From positions 1,550,001-1,614,000 of the forward strand of contig NC_043023.1 in NCBI RefSeq assembly GCF_006345805.1: a stretch of DNA of 64,000 nucleotides, given 5' to 3'. Below are positions 1 through 12,255 of the stretch, piece after piece; the first letter of the stretch is position 1, and the number at the start of each line of letters is the position of its first letter. Position numbers and translations under genes: made by a program. Below the pieces are notes generated by a model, which was not told the DNA's origin, searched no databases, and saw only the letters and a list, made by a program, of their open reading frames with translations. This DNA comes from Octopus sinensis. Taxonomy: Eukaryota.

Positions 1-165
1 CTTGTACTCTTTTGCCCCAACTTTCTCTCACTCTTTCTTCCTGTTTCTTGAGTAATGCTGCGGTGGACTGGCGTCCTATCCAGCTGGGGAGAACACGTAC
101 GCCATAGAAACTGGGAAACTGGGCCCATGAGCCTGGCTAGGCTTGAAAAGGGCGCATAAAATTAA
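1..165 (+). mobile_element. 3' part of tRNA-derived SINE family C (octopus OK/OR-like)
   Basis: ctgtactcttt..cacaactttctctcactctttcttcctg body is shared with copies at 16990-17330, 22777 and 24006. Confidence 0.75.
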
Positions 166-319
166 AAAAATATTATGTGAGGAGATAATTTGTAAGAGAT
201 CTTTTGTTGGAAAAAACAAATCTTAACCGTATGCGAGCTGATAATAGAGTAATATCTAGAAGTCTTTGCAAATAAGTGCATGGGTGCATACATTTGCGTG
301 TGTACATGTCATATGTCAG

Positions 320-753
320 CTTTTACATCCATTTTTCTTTGGTGGCATAGGTTAGATGAGTGCTTAACTCAATATTTTGCAATCCAAAGCTTTTCCTGTC
401 ACCAACACTCACCTGTTTTTTAAATGTATATATGGGTGTTTACATTTGTGTGCATGCTTGTATGTACTCCATTTGTTAGTTTTTAAGTCCATTTTTTCTA
501 TGGTAGCACCTGTTATAGAAGTATATAATTTAGACACTACAACTGGATACCTTTCCTGTCACCAACTCTCACCTGTTTTTGAAAGGAGTGTATGTGTGTC
601 TCCATTTGTGTGTGTGTGCCTTTTCTTAGGTTTTACATCTGTTTTTCCATGATAGCATAGGTTAGATGAGTATATAATTCAGATAGAACTTTACAACTTC
701 TTAACACCAACTCTCATTTGTTTTTCAAATATGTGCATGTGTGCACATGTGCG

Positions 754-791
<38 letters not shown>

Positions 792-830
792 CGTGTGTGA
801 TTGTTTCATTTTTTTACATCTGTTTTTCTG
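320..830. repeat. Degenerate ~160-bp tandem repeat, about 3 copies
   Basis: ttttacatc(c/t)..ttttt...gcataggttagatgag...caccaac.ctca recurs near 321, 481, 631 and 811. Confidence 0.65.
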
Positions 831-1049
831 TGCCGGCTGGATGCCCTTCTCATTTCAATCCCTTACCTGTTTATTTTATTTAAAGGTCTCTTACTCCATA
901 TAGCTTCAAAGCAAGTGGACCATTTGTTGGCAAGGGAAATAACAACCCGGAGCTGAACAATTTATATATAAATATGTGTGTGTGATTCAATAGTTCTGTT
1001 TTTATGTCAGATTTTTTAGTCTTGAATTAGTTAAACAATTGTATTACTT

Positions 1050-1335
1050 ATGCAGTAATCCCTCGACTATCGTGGGTGTTATGTTCCAAAACCTCTCACA
1101 GAAATAATTAAAATCTAAAAAAGTATAAATACCTATCATCTGCAGAAACCTATGTTATACTGAGGAGTCCACGATGTAAATTTACATATATTAGCCACAA
1201 AAATCCTCAATGTACTGAGTGTGTGATAGGTGAGTTGTGAAGTATTTAGTGTGGGATAGGTGAACCGCGATGTACTGAGAGTGTGACAGGTGAACCATGA
1301 TGTACTGAGTGTGTGATAGGTGAAATACTTAGTGG
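1050..1335 (+). mobile_element. Non-autonomous pogo/Tigger-like DNA element end with ~30-bp subterminal repeats
   Basis: Begins CAGTAATCCCTCGACTATCG. The gatgtactgagtgtgtgataggtgaa unit repeats about 4 times at 1210-1325. Confidence 0.5.
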
Positions 1336-1339
1336 TATT

Positions 1340-1520
1340 TTGTCTGTGGTTACATTCTGAGTTCAAATTCTGCCGAGGTCAACCTTGCCTTTCATCCTTT
1401 CAGGGTCGATAAATTAAGTACCAGTTATGCACTGGGGTCGATGTAATCGACTTAATCCCTTTGTCTGTCCTTGTTTGTTCCCTCTATGTTTAGCCCCTTG
1501 TAGGCAATAAAGAAATATGA
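1340..1520 (+). mobile_element. SINE family B (tRNA head plus gtcgactttgcctttcatcctttcggggtcgat central domain)
   Basis: Matches the fuller copy at 20018-20247. Confidence 0.8.
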
Positions 1521-1559
1521 AAATAGGTGTTGGATTTTCTTTTGGTAGCAATCATTGCT

Positions 1560-1990
1560 TCTGTTTTTGTGCAACAGCCTTAACCTTCCGGAAAAACTTT
1601 TGGGAAAGTTCTTTCACCAACTTTGTTCAATCGTTTGACTGTTCCTTTCACATTATTGCACAAAACGCTTATGAATGTCTCCCATAAATTCAACTTTTCA
1701 TACATTCGGTGCCAGATAAATTCATGGATTTTTGCAACACATAAGCATTCACCATTTTGGTTTGACCTTTGGACATTACATTACAAACGTGTCTGCCCAT
1801 AAAATATAATTTTCTTCCTGTAACACCATAAGCTATTTTGTTTGGACTCCATAATTCTGGTTTACCCGTTTGTTCCCATGATTTCTCATTTAGGATTGTG
1901 ATGTCACTTCCCATGTCTAACTGCATTCTGACATTACTGCTTTCAATTCTCAGATTCACGCATTTTAAGTTTGCTGTGGTCTCAAATTTT
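1560..1990 (-). pseudogene. Ty3/Gypsy LTR retrotransposon aspartic-protease relic
   Basis: Minus ORF VRMQLDMGSDITILNEKSWEQTGKPEL resembles the retroviral-type LDTGS(D/Q)IT motif, with degenerate D-T-G. Stops flank it. Confidence 0.65.
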
Positions 1991-1994
1991 CCTA

Positions 1995-2400
1995 CAAACT
2001 ATTTGACGGATATTTGTCCTCATCTTGTTTGTTATTAACATAACATTTTGGCTGATATACCCTCCAGCCTTCATCAGGTGTCTTGGGGAAATTTCAAACC
2101 TGGGTTCTCATTCCTAAGATATTTGTCAATATCTCACAATATTTGTCAACAATCCCAAATAAATTACTATGCTTTATTAACAAACCGTTCTGACATTTAT
2201 TTCTACATACAAGTATTTCCAACTTATAGCAGGACACTTTTACATTCAAACACGCAACAACCAGCTTTGTTACAAACATTTAAAATTATTAAATTGGTGA
2301 AAAAACCTACAACCATTACACTGGTGAACCGTTTCACTACAAATTATTACAATTCTAAGATGGTCAGTTCATAGAATCATTAGCAAACTGGGGGAAAAAT
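1995..2400 (-). mobile_element. Penelope-like element terminal fragment with decayed hammerhead
   Basis: Minus strand ACAC-CTGATGA-A-GGCTG-GAGGGTATAT-CAGCC-AAAA-TG-TT-ATGT at 2081-2038. The PLE call is inferred from the ribozyme type. Confidence 0.55.
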
Positions 2401-2574
2401 ACTGCCAAGCATTTTATTTGGGTTTATGTTCTAAGTTGAAATTCTATTGAGGTTTCCTGTACTTTCCATCATTTAGGGGTCAATGAAATATGTATCAGAG
2501 GAGCACTGGGGCTGATGTAATTCACTAGACTACTCCCACAATATTTCAGCCCTTTGTGGCTATAGTAGAAAGGA

Positions 2575-2813
2575 TTAACATTATCATCATCATCATCATA
2601 ATTATTATTATTATTATTATTAACATTATTATAATTATTATTATTATTAACATTATTATCATTATTATTATTATTATTATTATTATTGTCATTATTATTA
2701 TTATTATTATTAACATTATTATTAACATTATTATTATCATTATCATTAACATTATTATTATATTATAATTATTATTATTATCATCATCATTATTATTAAT
2801 ATTAACATCATCA

Positions 2814-2847
<34 letters not shown>

Positions 2848-3012
2848 CATCAACATTATTATTAATATTATTAACATTATTATTATTATTATTATTATTA
2901 TTATCATTAACATTATTATTATTAACATTATTGTTATTATTTATTATTATTATTAACATTATTATTATCATTATTAACATTATTATTATTATTATTATAA
3001 ACATTATTATTG
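2575..3012. repeat. (ATT)n/(ATC)n trinucleotide tract
   Basis: Direct reading. Confidence 0.95.
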
Positions 3013-3159
3013 TATGTGGCCCAGTGTGAATCTAGAGCTGTGTACATCGTTACAGTATGTGATGAGTGAAATCATTAGCCAGACGACAACGATTTAATTA
3101 TAATTATCACAGAGAGGTACTCATGCGGATGACAGTTAGACAAAATAATAATTAGATGG

Positions 3160-3408
3160 GTGTGTGTGTGTGTCTATGTATGTGTATACATCTTTGTATA
3201 CATTATTATATATGTAGATACATATATACATAGACACACACATATACAGACACATATATATACATGCACAAACATATACAAACACATACATACGCACACA
3301 CACACACGTATACACATGCATATGGGCAAACACACATATATACACAAAAACACACATTTATGTACAGACATATGAATATATATATATATATGTGTGTGTG
3401 TATGTATA

Positions 3409-3449
<41 letters not shown>

Positions 3450-3734
3450 ATATATATATATACACACACACACACAAACACACATATCTACACATTTTAT
3501 TTGTCTGTGTGTGTATATTGTGTGACTGTATGTGTATGTGTATATACACATGTATATAAGTGTGCATATGTACGCATAAACACACAATCATGCATACATA
3601 AACACGTGTTTACATATATATATACATACATATATATATACACATACATACATACATATACATACATACATACATACATATATATATATACATATATATA
3701 CATACATTCATATGTATACATATATATACATACA

Positions 3735-3789
<55 letters not shown>

Positions 3790-3830
3790 TCAAGAAAAAC
3801 ACACACAAACAATGTATATACACAGACTAA
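3160..3830. repeat. Compound (TA)n/(CA)n/(TG)n microsatellite
   Basis: Direct reading. Similar tracts occur at 18770-19040, 20250-20690, 24480-24680, 25130-27460, 48700-49260 and 59435-59620. Confidence 0.95.
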
Positions 3831-4137
3831 TGAGAGGTTCTCAAGGTGGTCACTCAATCTAGTAGAAACAGCAGCCAAATCTTCTCCATATCACAAAATG
3901 GTAGTCCAAGATATACTACATCAAAATAAAAGTTGGGATGGTCACAGCTAGGACATCTTTGATCATCGGTTCTCATATTCTATTGGTCTCTTTTGTTGTA
4001 CTGCAAAGTTACAGGGACAGAAACAAACCAGCAGGGAATGTTAAGCAGTGACAGGGTGGGACAAATGTTACACAAATACAAACATAAACATGTGTATTTA
4101 ACCCCCCCCCACACACACACACGCACACACAAATGGG

Positions 4138-4915
4138 CATGGCTGTGTGGTAGGATGTTTGCTTCCCAACTACAAATTTTTTGAGTTCAATCCTACAGTA
4201 TGGCACCTTGGTCAACTGTTTTTTGTTATAGCCTTGGGCTAAGAAAATCTTGTGAATGGATTTGGAGGACAGAAACTGAACGAAGCCCATCATGTATGTT
4301 TATATGTGTGTGTGGTGTGTGTGTGTGTGTGTGTTTTCCCTACCACCGTTTGACAATTGAGTGTGGGTTTGTTTGTGTCCCCTTGAATTAGCAGCTCTGC
4401 AAAAGAGATTGACAAAAGAAAAAGTGCTGGGGTCAACTCATTCGTTTAAAAACTCCTCAAGACGATGCTCCAGCATGGTCGCAGTCGGGTGACTGAAACA
4501 AGTAAAAGATAAACAATAAGAGATGCATAGTTGCATGTGCATGTGTATGTGTGTGTGTGTGTGTTTGTGTCCCACCGCTGACTGACAACCGGTGTTTGTT
4601 TGTTTCTGTCCCTTTGACTCAGCAGTTCTGAGAAAGAGACTGATGGAGTAAGTAGCAGGCTTTAAAAATAAATAATAAGTACTGGGCTCGATTCATTCGA
4701 CTAAAACCTCTTCAAGAGGGTGCCCCAGCATGGCCACACACAGTCTAATGACTGAAGCAAGTAAAAGATGAACAATAAGTGATGCATGTGTGAGTGTGTG
4801 TATGAGTGTGTGTGTATGTGTGTGTGTGTTTGTTCCCTACCATTCCTTGACAGCTGGTGATGGTTTGTTTACATCCCCCTTGACTTAGCACTTCAGCAAA
4901 AGAGACACTAAGAGG
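4138..4915 (+). mobile_element. Degenerate SINE family A copy followed by two partial 3' copies
   Basis: ggctgtgtggt..ttcaatcc..ggcaccttgg head and gctccagcatggtcgcagtc..gactgaaacaagtaaaaga tail. Confidence 0.75.
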
Positions 4916-4925
4916 TGTATTCATG

Positions 4926-4959
<34 letters not shown>

Positions 4960-5299
4960 GCTCTCTCTTTGCCATGATATTTATTATTGGATAATCGTAA
5001 ACGAGTGTCCTTGTTATATAAGCAGTATCCATTATTTCTCGTCTTTCATAAAAGTATATCTGGTTATGGGGAAAATATTAGCTCCCTTGGAAACAGCTGA
5101 AAGTTAGTGATAGGAAGGGCGTCCAGTCATGGCTCAGTAACCTCCGTATAATCCATGGAGGCATGGAAAAGCAGATGCTATGATGATGATGTCTTGGTGA
5201 CAGTGATGATGATGATTATAATGATGGTAATGATGGTTGTGATGATAATGGTGATCATAGATAAAGTGTTTGTTCATGATGAGAAATCTGATACTGCCA

Positions 5300-5860
5300 G
5301 TTACACACGAGAGAGGGGGGAATAGGTGGGGATGGAGAAAGGAGGGGAGAGGAGAGGGAGAGAGATAGGTGGGAGAGAGAAGAGGGAGAAAGAAAGAGAT
5401 ATTGCAGTACCACCAAGGCACAGAGAAAGGCACAAAGGGATCGAAGGGGAGAAAATGAAGGAGAGGGAGGGAGAGGAAGAGGGCAAGAAGGGAGAGAGAA
5501 AGGAGAGAGGGAGAGAGAAAGGAGAGAAGGTGAGAGAAAGGGGGAAACTGGAGAGAGAGAGGGAGAGAGAAAGGAGAGAGGGAGACAGAAGCTGTAGAGA
5601 GAAAGGAGAGGAGAGAAAGGGGGAAAGTGGAGAGAGAGGAGGAAGAAAAGTGAAAGAAGGAGAGAGAGGGAGTGACAGAAAGAGACAAAGATACAGGAGC
5701 AACACTGAGATACATGGATAGAGAGAGAGAACACAAAGAGACAGAGAGGGAGGGAGAGAGAGAGGAATAGAGAGAGATGCCAGAGTGCTACTGACAGACA
5801 GACAGACAGACAAAGAGAGAGGGAGGAGAGAGAGGGGTGGGTGGGAAGAGAGAGATATTA
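5300..5860. repeat. GA-rich polypurine tract
   Basis: Direct reading. A similar tract lies at 9600-10560. Confidence 0.9.
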
Positions 5861-5949
5861 TAAAGCAGGTGTGTAATTATTTTTGCACTTTAGAGAACCT
5901 GGAGATATGTGGAAACATAATGGAATGACAACAACGACAACAACACTGA

Positions 5950-6755
5950 CCCCCACTGTCATCATCATCATCATCATCATTGTTACTTCATCTTTTCCGC
6001 TACCATCATCATCATCATCATCATCATCCTGGTCTTCAACGTCATCAGCAGCACCACAGCCACCATGTTGTTGTCATTGTTCCCTCATCATCATCTACAC
6101 CATCACCAAAATCATCATCACAACCATCTTCAGCTTCATCACCATCATAACCATCACCATCATCATTACAACCATCAACATCATTATCTTCACCATTATC
6201 ACCATCTTCACCAACATCACCTTCATAACCATCGTCATCATCATCATCATCATCTTCACCACCATCACCTTCATAACCATCGTCATCATCATCATCATCA
6301 TCATCACCACCATCACCTTCATAACCATCGTTATCATCATCATCATCATCATCATCACCCCCATCACCTTTATAACCATCGTCATCATCAACACATCATC
6401 ATCATCATCACCATCATCTTCACCACCATCACCTTCATAACTATCGTCATCATCAGCATCATCATCATCATCATCATCATCACCACCATCACCTTCATAA
6501 CCATCGTCATCATCATCAGCATCATCACATCATCATCATCAGTCATTACCATCATCATCATGTACATAACCATTATAACCACCATCATCACAATCATCTT
6601 TACCAACACCATGCTATCATCATCATGTTCACCACCACCACCAACACTACCACAACCAAAACCATCACCACCATCATTATTATCCCCATCATCATGCTCA
6701 TCCCCACCACCACCTCCATTGTCATCAATGCCATCACCATCATCATCATCATCAT
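5950..6755. repeat. (ATC/ACC)n tract with higher-order unit accaccatcaccttcataaccatcgtcatc
   Basis: The unit repeats about 6 times at 6210-6520. Confidence 0.9.
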
Positions 6756-6870
6756 CGAGGTCGCTAGATTAAGTACCAGTTACGCACTGGGGTCGATGTA
6801 AAAGACTAAATCCCTTTGTCCTTGTTTGGCCCCTCTGTGTTTGGCCCCTTGTGGGTATTAAAGAAATAAG

Positions 6871-7580
6871 ACAGTAGAGTGTGATTTGAGGGAGATTTAG
6901 CTGCTATTACTACAAGTTCTAGTTACAGTGAAGATGTCTCCCTCATTGGCTCATACATACATATCTACATACATAATACAGTAGAGTGTGATTTGAGGGA
7001 GATTTGGCTGCTTTTTCTACCAGGTCAAGCTCCCACGTACAGGTCTCCCTCATTGGCTCATACATACATATATACACACATAAGACTGTGAGATGTGATT
7101 TGAGGGAGATCTGGTTGCAATTTCTTAAAGGTCTAGCTACCATGTACAGGTCTCCCTCATTGACGCCTACATACATATATACTTACATAAGACAGTGTGG
7201 TATGATGTGAAGGAGATCTGGCTGCTATTTCTACCAGGTCAAGCTACCATGTACAGGTCTCCCTCATTGACTCATACATACATATATACATACATAAGAT
7301 AGTAGGGTGTGATTTAAGGGAGATTTAGCTACTATTTCCACCAGGTAGTCTACCTACCATATAGAGGTCTCCCAATTGGTTCATATATACATACATAAGA
7401 CAGTAGGGTGTGACATGAGGGAGATTTGGCTGCTTTTTCTACCAGGTCAAGCTACCATTTACAGGTCTCCCTCATTGGCTCATACATACATATATACATA
7501 CATAAGACAGTAGGGTGTGATTTGAGGGAGATTTGGCTGCTATTTCTACCAAGTCTGGCTACGATGCAGAGGTCTTTTCC
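6871..7580. repeat. ~105-115-bp tandem array, about 7 copies
   Basis: Unit gtgtgatttgagggagatttggctgctatttctaccaggtcaagctaccatgtacaggtctccctcattggctcatacatacatatatacatacataagacagta. A related inverted fragment lies at 3830-3890. Confidence 0.85.
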
Positions 7581-8879
7581 TTTGTTTCCAACGATTACAG
7601 ACATACTGTTCTTGTTATTGATGTTGACATTAATGCAAGCACAATGCATTTCACTGATTCTGCAGTTTTTCGTTAATGCAACAGACGCAATTGTTGCAAC
7701 TAATGCTGTTTTTGATGTTGTTGCTACTGAATTTGACACAGCATTTGCTCTTGTTGTCATTGGTGGTAGTGGCTGTGTCATTGTTTCCAATACTTTGTTG
7801 TTGTTGATGGTGGTGGTGGTGGTGGTAATACTGTTGCCATTACTGCTGCTGTTGTTGTTGTTACTACTGCAGTTATTACAGGTGTGGTGGCTGTTGTTAT
7901 TGCTTAATGTTGTTGCAGGCATAACCGGAGTTAACATTGTTATATTTATCATCGTTGCAGTTTTTGTTGTTGTGATAATTACAAATGTTGTTGTTGCTAT
8001 TCTTCTGAATGGTAGCAGAAACAATGAGCGGACAAGACTTTGGGTGTAGTGGCTGAGATGACAGTGGTGATGGTTGTAGTGATGGTGGTGGTGGTAGTGG
8101 TGGTGGTGGTAGTGGTGGTGGTGGTGGTGGTTAAGATTGGTGACAGTGATGGTATGGTGGTTTTGGTAGTGGTGGTGTTGGCAATGGCGATGTTGTGAAG
8201 ATGGTGGTGGTGGTGGTGGTGATGATGGTGGTTGTGGTAGTGGTGGTGTTGGCAATGGCGATGCTGTGGAGATGGTGGTGGTGGTGATGGTGATGATGGT
8301 GGTTGTGGTAGTGATAGTGATTGTGGTGGTATTTGCGATGGTGGCAATGGTTAAGAAGGATATGATAGTAGTTGTAGTGGTGGTGGTGGTGGTTATGAAA
8401 GTGATGATGGTGGTTGTGGTAGTGATGGTGTTGGCAATGGCGATGCTGTGGAGATGGGTTGTGGTGGTGGTGATGGTGGTTGTGGTGGTGTTGGCAACAG
8501 TGGTATTGTGGAGATGGAGATAGTGGTGATGGTGATGATGTTAGTAGTGGCAATGGTAGTAGTTGAGCTGGTGGCAGTGTTATGTTTAAGGTGGTGGTAC
8601 TGGTGGTGGTGGTCACTAGTTATCATGGTTGTAGTTGTGTTGGTAGTTGAATGATTGGAGTGGATGCTTCATAATAGTGCAGTTATTTGGGCTAGTGCAT
8701 ATTAAGACGGGGCACGGGAGATGGATGGTGGAGAGGCAGAGAGGGGTGGGGTTATTTCCAAATTTCCTATTTGCCACGTCTGCATTTATGTGGAGATAAT
8801 GCAACATTGACAGACGCACAAACAGACTGATAGACAGACAGACCGACAGACATGGATAGGCAAATGGATGGATGGATAA

Positions 8880-9440
8880 AGAAAGAAAGAAAGAAGAAGA
8901 AGAAAAGAAGAAGAAAGAAGAAGAAGAAAGAAGAAGAAGAAGAAGAAGAATTAGGAAAAGAAGAAGAAGAAGAAGAAGAAGAAGAAGAAGAAGAATTGAA
9001 AGAAGAAGAAGAAGAAGAATTGAAAGAAGAATTAGGAAAAGAAAAAGAAGAAGAAGAAGAAGAAGAAGAAGAATTGAAAGAAGAAGAAGAAGAAGAATTG
9101 AAAGAAGAAGAAAAAGAAGAAGAAGAAGAAGAAGAATTGAAAGAAGAATTAGGAAAAGAAGAAGAAGAAGAAGAAGAAGAAGAAGAAGAAGAATTAGGAA
9201 AAGAAGAAGAAGAAGAAGAAGAAGAATTAGGAAAAAAAGAAGAAGAAGAATTAGGAAAAGAAGAAGAAGAAGAAGAAGAATTAGGAAAAGAAGAAGAAGA
9301 AGAATTAAAAGAAGAAGAATTAGGAAAAGAAGAAGAAGAAGAAGAAGAATTAGGAAAAGAAGAAGAAGAAGAATTAAAAGAAGAAGAATTAGGAAAAGAA
9401 GAAGAAGAAGAAGAAGAATTGAAAGAAGAAGAAGAAGTAA
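8880..9440. repeat. (GAA)n array interrupted by gaattaggaaaa / gaattgaaa
   Basis: Direct reading. Several frames on both strands are open, consistent with composition alone. Confidence 0.9.
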
Positions 9441-9557
9441 GGAAGGAAGACAAGTAGAAAGATAGATACATGGATGGATGGATGGATGGATAAATAGACA
9501 GACAGAAAGACAGACAGACAAGATAGATAGATAGACAGACAGAAAGACAGTCAGACA

Positions 9558-9592
<35 letters not shown>

Positions 9593-10821
9593 ATGGTAGA
9601 TAGATAGAAACTTATTTAAGTAGGTAAATAGGGAAACAGAAAGTGCCAAAGAGAAAGAGTTACAGGGAGAAATTAAGACAATAGAGAGAGTTATAAGGAA
9701 AGAAAGTGAGAGATAGAGAGGAATACAGCAAGAGAAGGAAATGGAAAGAGAGATAGATAAAAGAGAGAAAAAGAGAGACAATGAGGAAGAAAGGAAAAAA
9801 TGGAGAGAGAAAAAGGAGAGATGACGAGAGAGGGAAACAAGGGAGAGATTGTATGAGAGAGACATTGGTGAGAAATGAGAAAACGGAAAGAAGAAATGGA
9901 TATAGAGAAAGGTAGAGAGAGAGTAAGGAGAGACAGAAGATGGATAATGAGAGAGAGAGAGAGTGAAATAAGGAAATAAAGAGAGAAGCATTATAGGAGA
10001 GAAAGGAGAGGAGTAAATGAGAGAGAGGAGTGAAGGAGAGAGAGGAGTAAATGAGAGAGAGGAGTGAAGGAGAGAGGAGTGGAGAGAGAGCGGAGTGAAA
10101 GAGAGGAGTGAAGGAGAGAGAGGAGTGAAGGAAAGAGAGGAGTGAATGAAAAAGAGGAGAGGAGAGGAGTGAAGGAGAGGGGTGTGAAGAGAGAGGGGAG
10201 TGAAGAGAGAGAGGAGTGAAGGAGAGAGAGGAGTGAAGGAGAGAGAGGAGTGAAGGAGAGATAGGGGAGAGAAAAGTAATGAAGAGAGGGAGAGAATAGG
10301 GAGAGGTAATGAACGAGAGGGAGATTGGAGAGATGGCAATGAGGGGGAAGAGAGTGGAGACAAGGAAATGGACAGAGACCAATAGAAAGACAGAAAGAGT
10401 AAAGAGAAGAGAGAGAGAGGGATAGAGAGAAAGAAAATGAGAAAGAGTAAAGGGAGAGAGAGGGGGGACCAGGAAACGGACAGAGAGATCGAAAGAGATA
10501 GAAAGACAGAGAGAGTAGAGGGAGAGAGAGAGAAAGAGAATGAGAGAGAGAGGGGTGGACAAACTGCTGAGTCATGTTTATATTTAGGTGCCCCAATTCT
10601 TCCCTTAGTGTAGATGAAACAACATTGATGACACCTAGCTTCCTTTTCTGGATAGAATAATAGGTGGCAGCACCATTAACTACAACAACAACAACAATGA
10701 TAATAATAATAATGATAATAATAACGGAGTCAATAATAACAAATGCCACAACAACATGGGCGTTAACAACAACAACAACAACAACAAGTTATACTGATGA
10801 TGATGAGAGAGAGAGACAGAC

Positions 10822-10857
<36 letters not shown>

Positions 10858-11049
10858 TGTTGAAACAATAATAAAAATAATAATAGTAACAGGACTCAAC
10901 AACAATATTGACAATAATAACAGCAGCAACAACAACATTAAACAACAGCAATAACAACAAGAAGAACAGCAACATGACACAATAAATTCAACAACATTAA
11001 TAACAACAACCATAAAAACAATGGCCACCACTACGACAACAACAACAAT

Positions 11050-11177
11050 GGTTTCAAATTTTGCCACAAGGGTAGCAATTTTAGGGAAGGGCATGAGTCG
11101 ATTAAATTGACCCCAGTGTTTAACTGGTACTTATTTTATCGACCCCGTAAGGACGAGAAGCAAAGTCAACCTTGGCA

Positions 11178-11242
<65 letters not shown>

Positions 11243-12080
11243 GTTTCAAATTTTGGCACAAGGCCAGCAAGATCAGGGAGAAGATAAATCAATTACATCA
11301 ACCCCAGTGTTCAATAAGTATTTATTTTATCAACTCCAGAAGGATAAAAGGTAAAGCTGACCTCGGCAGAATTTGAACTCAGAACGTAAAGACAGGTGAA
11401 ATGTTATTAGGTATTTTGCCTGGTGTACTAGCGATTCTTTTCTACTCTAGGCACAAGGTCCGAAATTGTTGGGGAGGGGGCCAGTGGATTAGATCGACTC
11501 CAGTATGCAACTGGTACTTAATTTATCAACCCTGAAAGGATGAAAGGCAAAGTCGACCTTGGTGGAATTTGAACTCAGAATGTAAAAACAGGCAGCAAGC
11601 TGGCAGAAACGTTAGCATGCCGGGCGAAATGCGTAGCCTTATTTCGTCTGCCGTTACGTTCTGAGTTCAAATTCCGCCGAGGTCGCCTTTCATCCTTTCA
11701 GGGTCGATAAATTAAGTACCAGTTACACACTGGGGTCGATGTAATCGACTTAATCTCTTTGTCTGCCCTTGTTTGTCCCCTCTGTGTTTAGCCCCTTTGT
11801 GGGCAATAAAGACATAAGAATGTAAAGACAGACGAAATGTTATTAGGCGTGCTAACAATTCTTTTCTATTCTAGACACAAGGCCCGAAATTGTTGGGGAG
11901 GGGGCCAGTTGATTAGATCGACCTCAGTATGCAACTGGTACTTAATTTATCAACCCTGAAAGGATGAAAGGCAAAGACGTCGACCTCAGTGAAATTTGAA
12001 CTCAGAACATAACGACAGACGAAATACCACTAGGCATTTTACCCAGTGTGCTAACGATTCTGCAGCTCACTGCCTTAACG
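11050..12080. mobile_element. Cluster of about 5 SINE family B copies, mostly minus strand, one plus-strand copy at ~11590-11820
   Basis: Repeated gaaaggatgaaaggcaaagtcgacct..ggaatttgaactcagaac and its complement. Confidence 0.85.
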
Positions 12081-12169
12081 ATGATGGACACTCATCTCAG
12101 TTCCAACGTATGATTGTTTGGAGGAGAGGACTTTAAAGTCAACAAGAGTAATAGAAAGAAAGAAAAACA

Positions 12170-12255
12170 TGTAGAAGCTGCATCTATTTGCGATGGATGT
12201 GATTTCAATCCAGGAATGGATTTTGCTCTGAAGCCACAATGGGGACATTGATGAT
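12170..12255 (-). pseudogene. RTE-type LINE C-terminal zinc-finger relic
   Basis: Minus translation HQCPHCGFRAKSIPGLKSH matches the CxxC..GLxSH pattern typical of RTE ORF ends. Confidence 0.5.

Noticed and set aside
2094-2279. Cys-containing minus ORF as a Gypsy gag zinc knuckle
   Set aside because: There is no CCHC spacing, and the adjacent hammerhead suggests this segment belongs to a PLE-like end instead.
7608-7800. Possible minus-strand exon ending AACA|GTATGT (TKNCRISEMHCACINVN)
   Set aside because: It is embedded in low-complexity sequence, has no clear acceptor and does not resemble STPG2.
8951-9400. TTAGG motifs as interstitial telomere
   Set aside because: They are isolated within GAA repeats and not tandem. 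The molluscan telomere repeat is generally TTAGGG.
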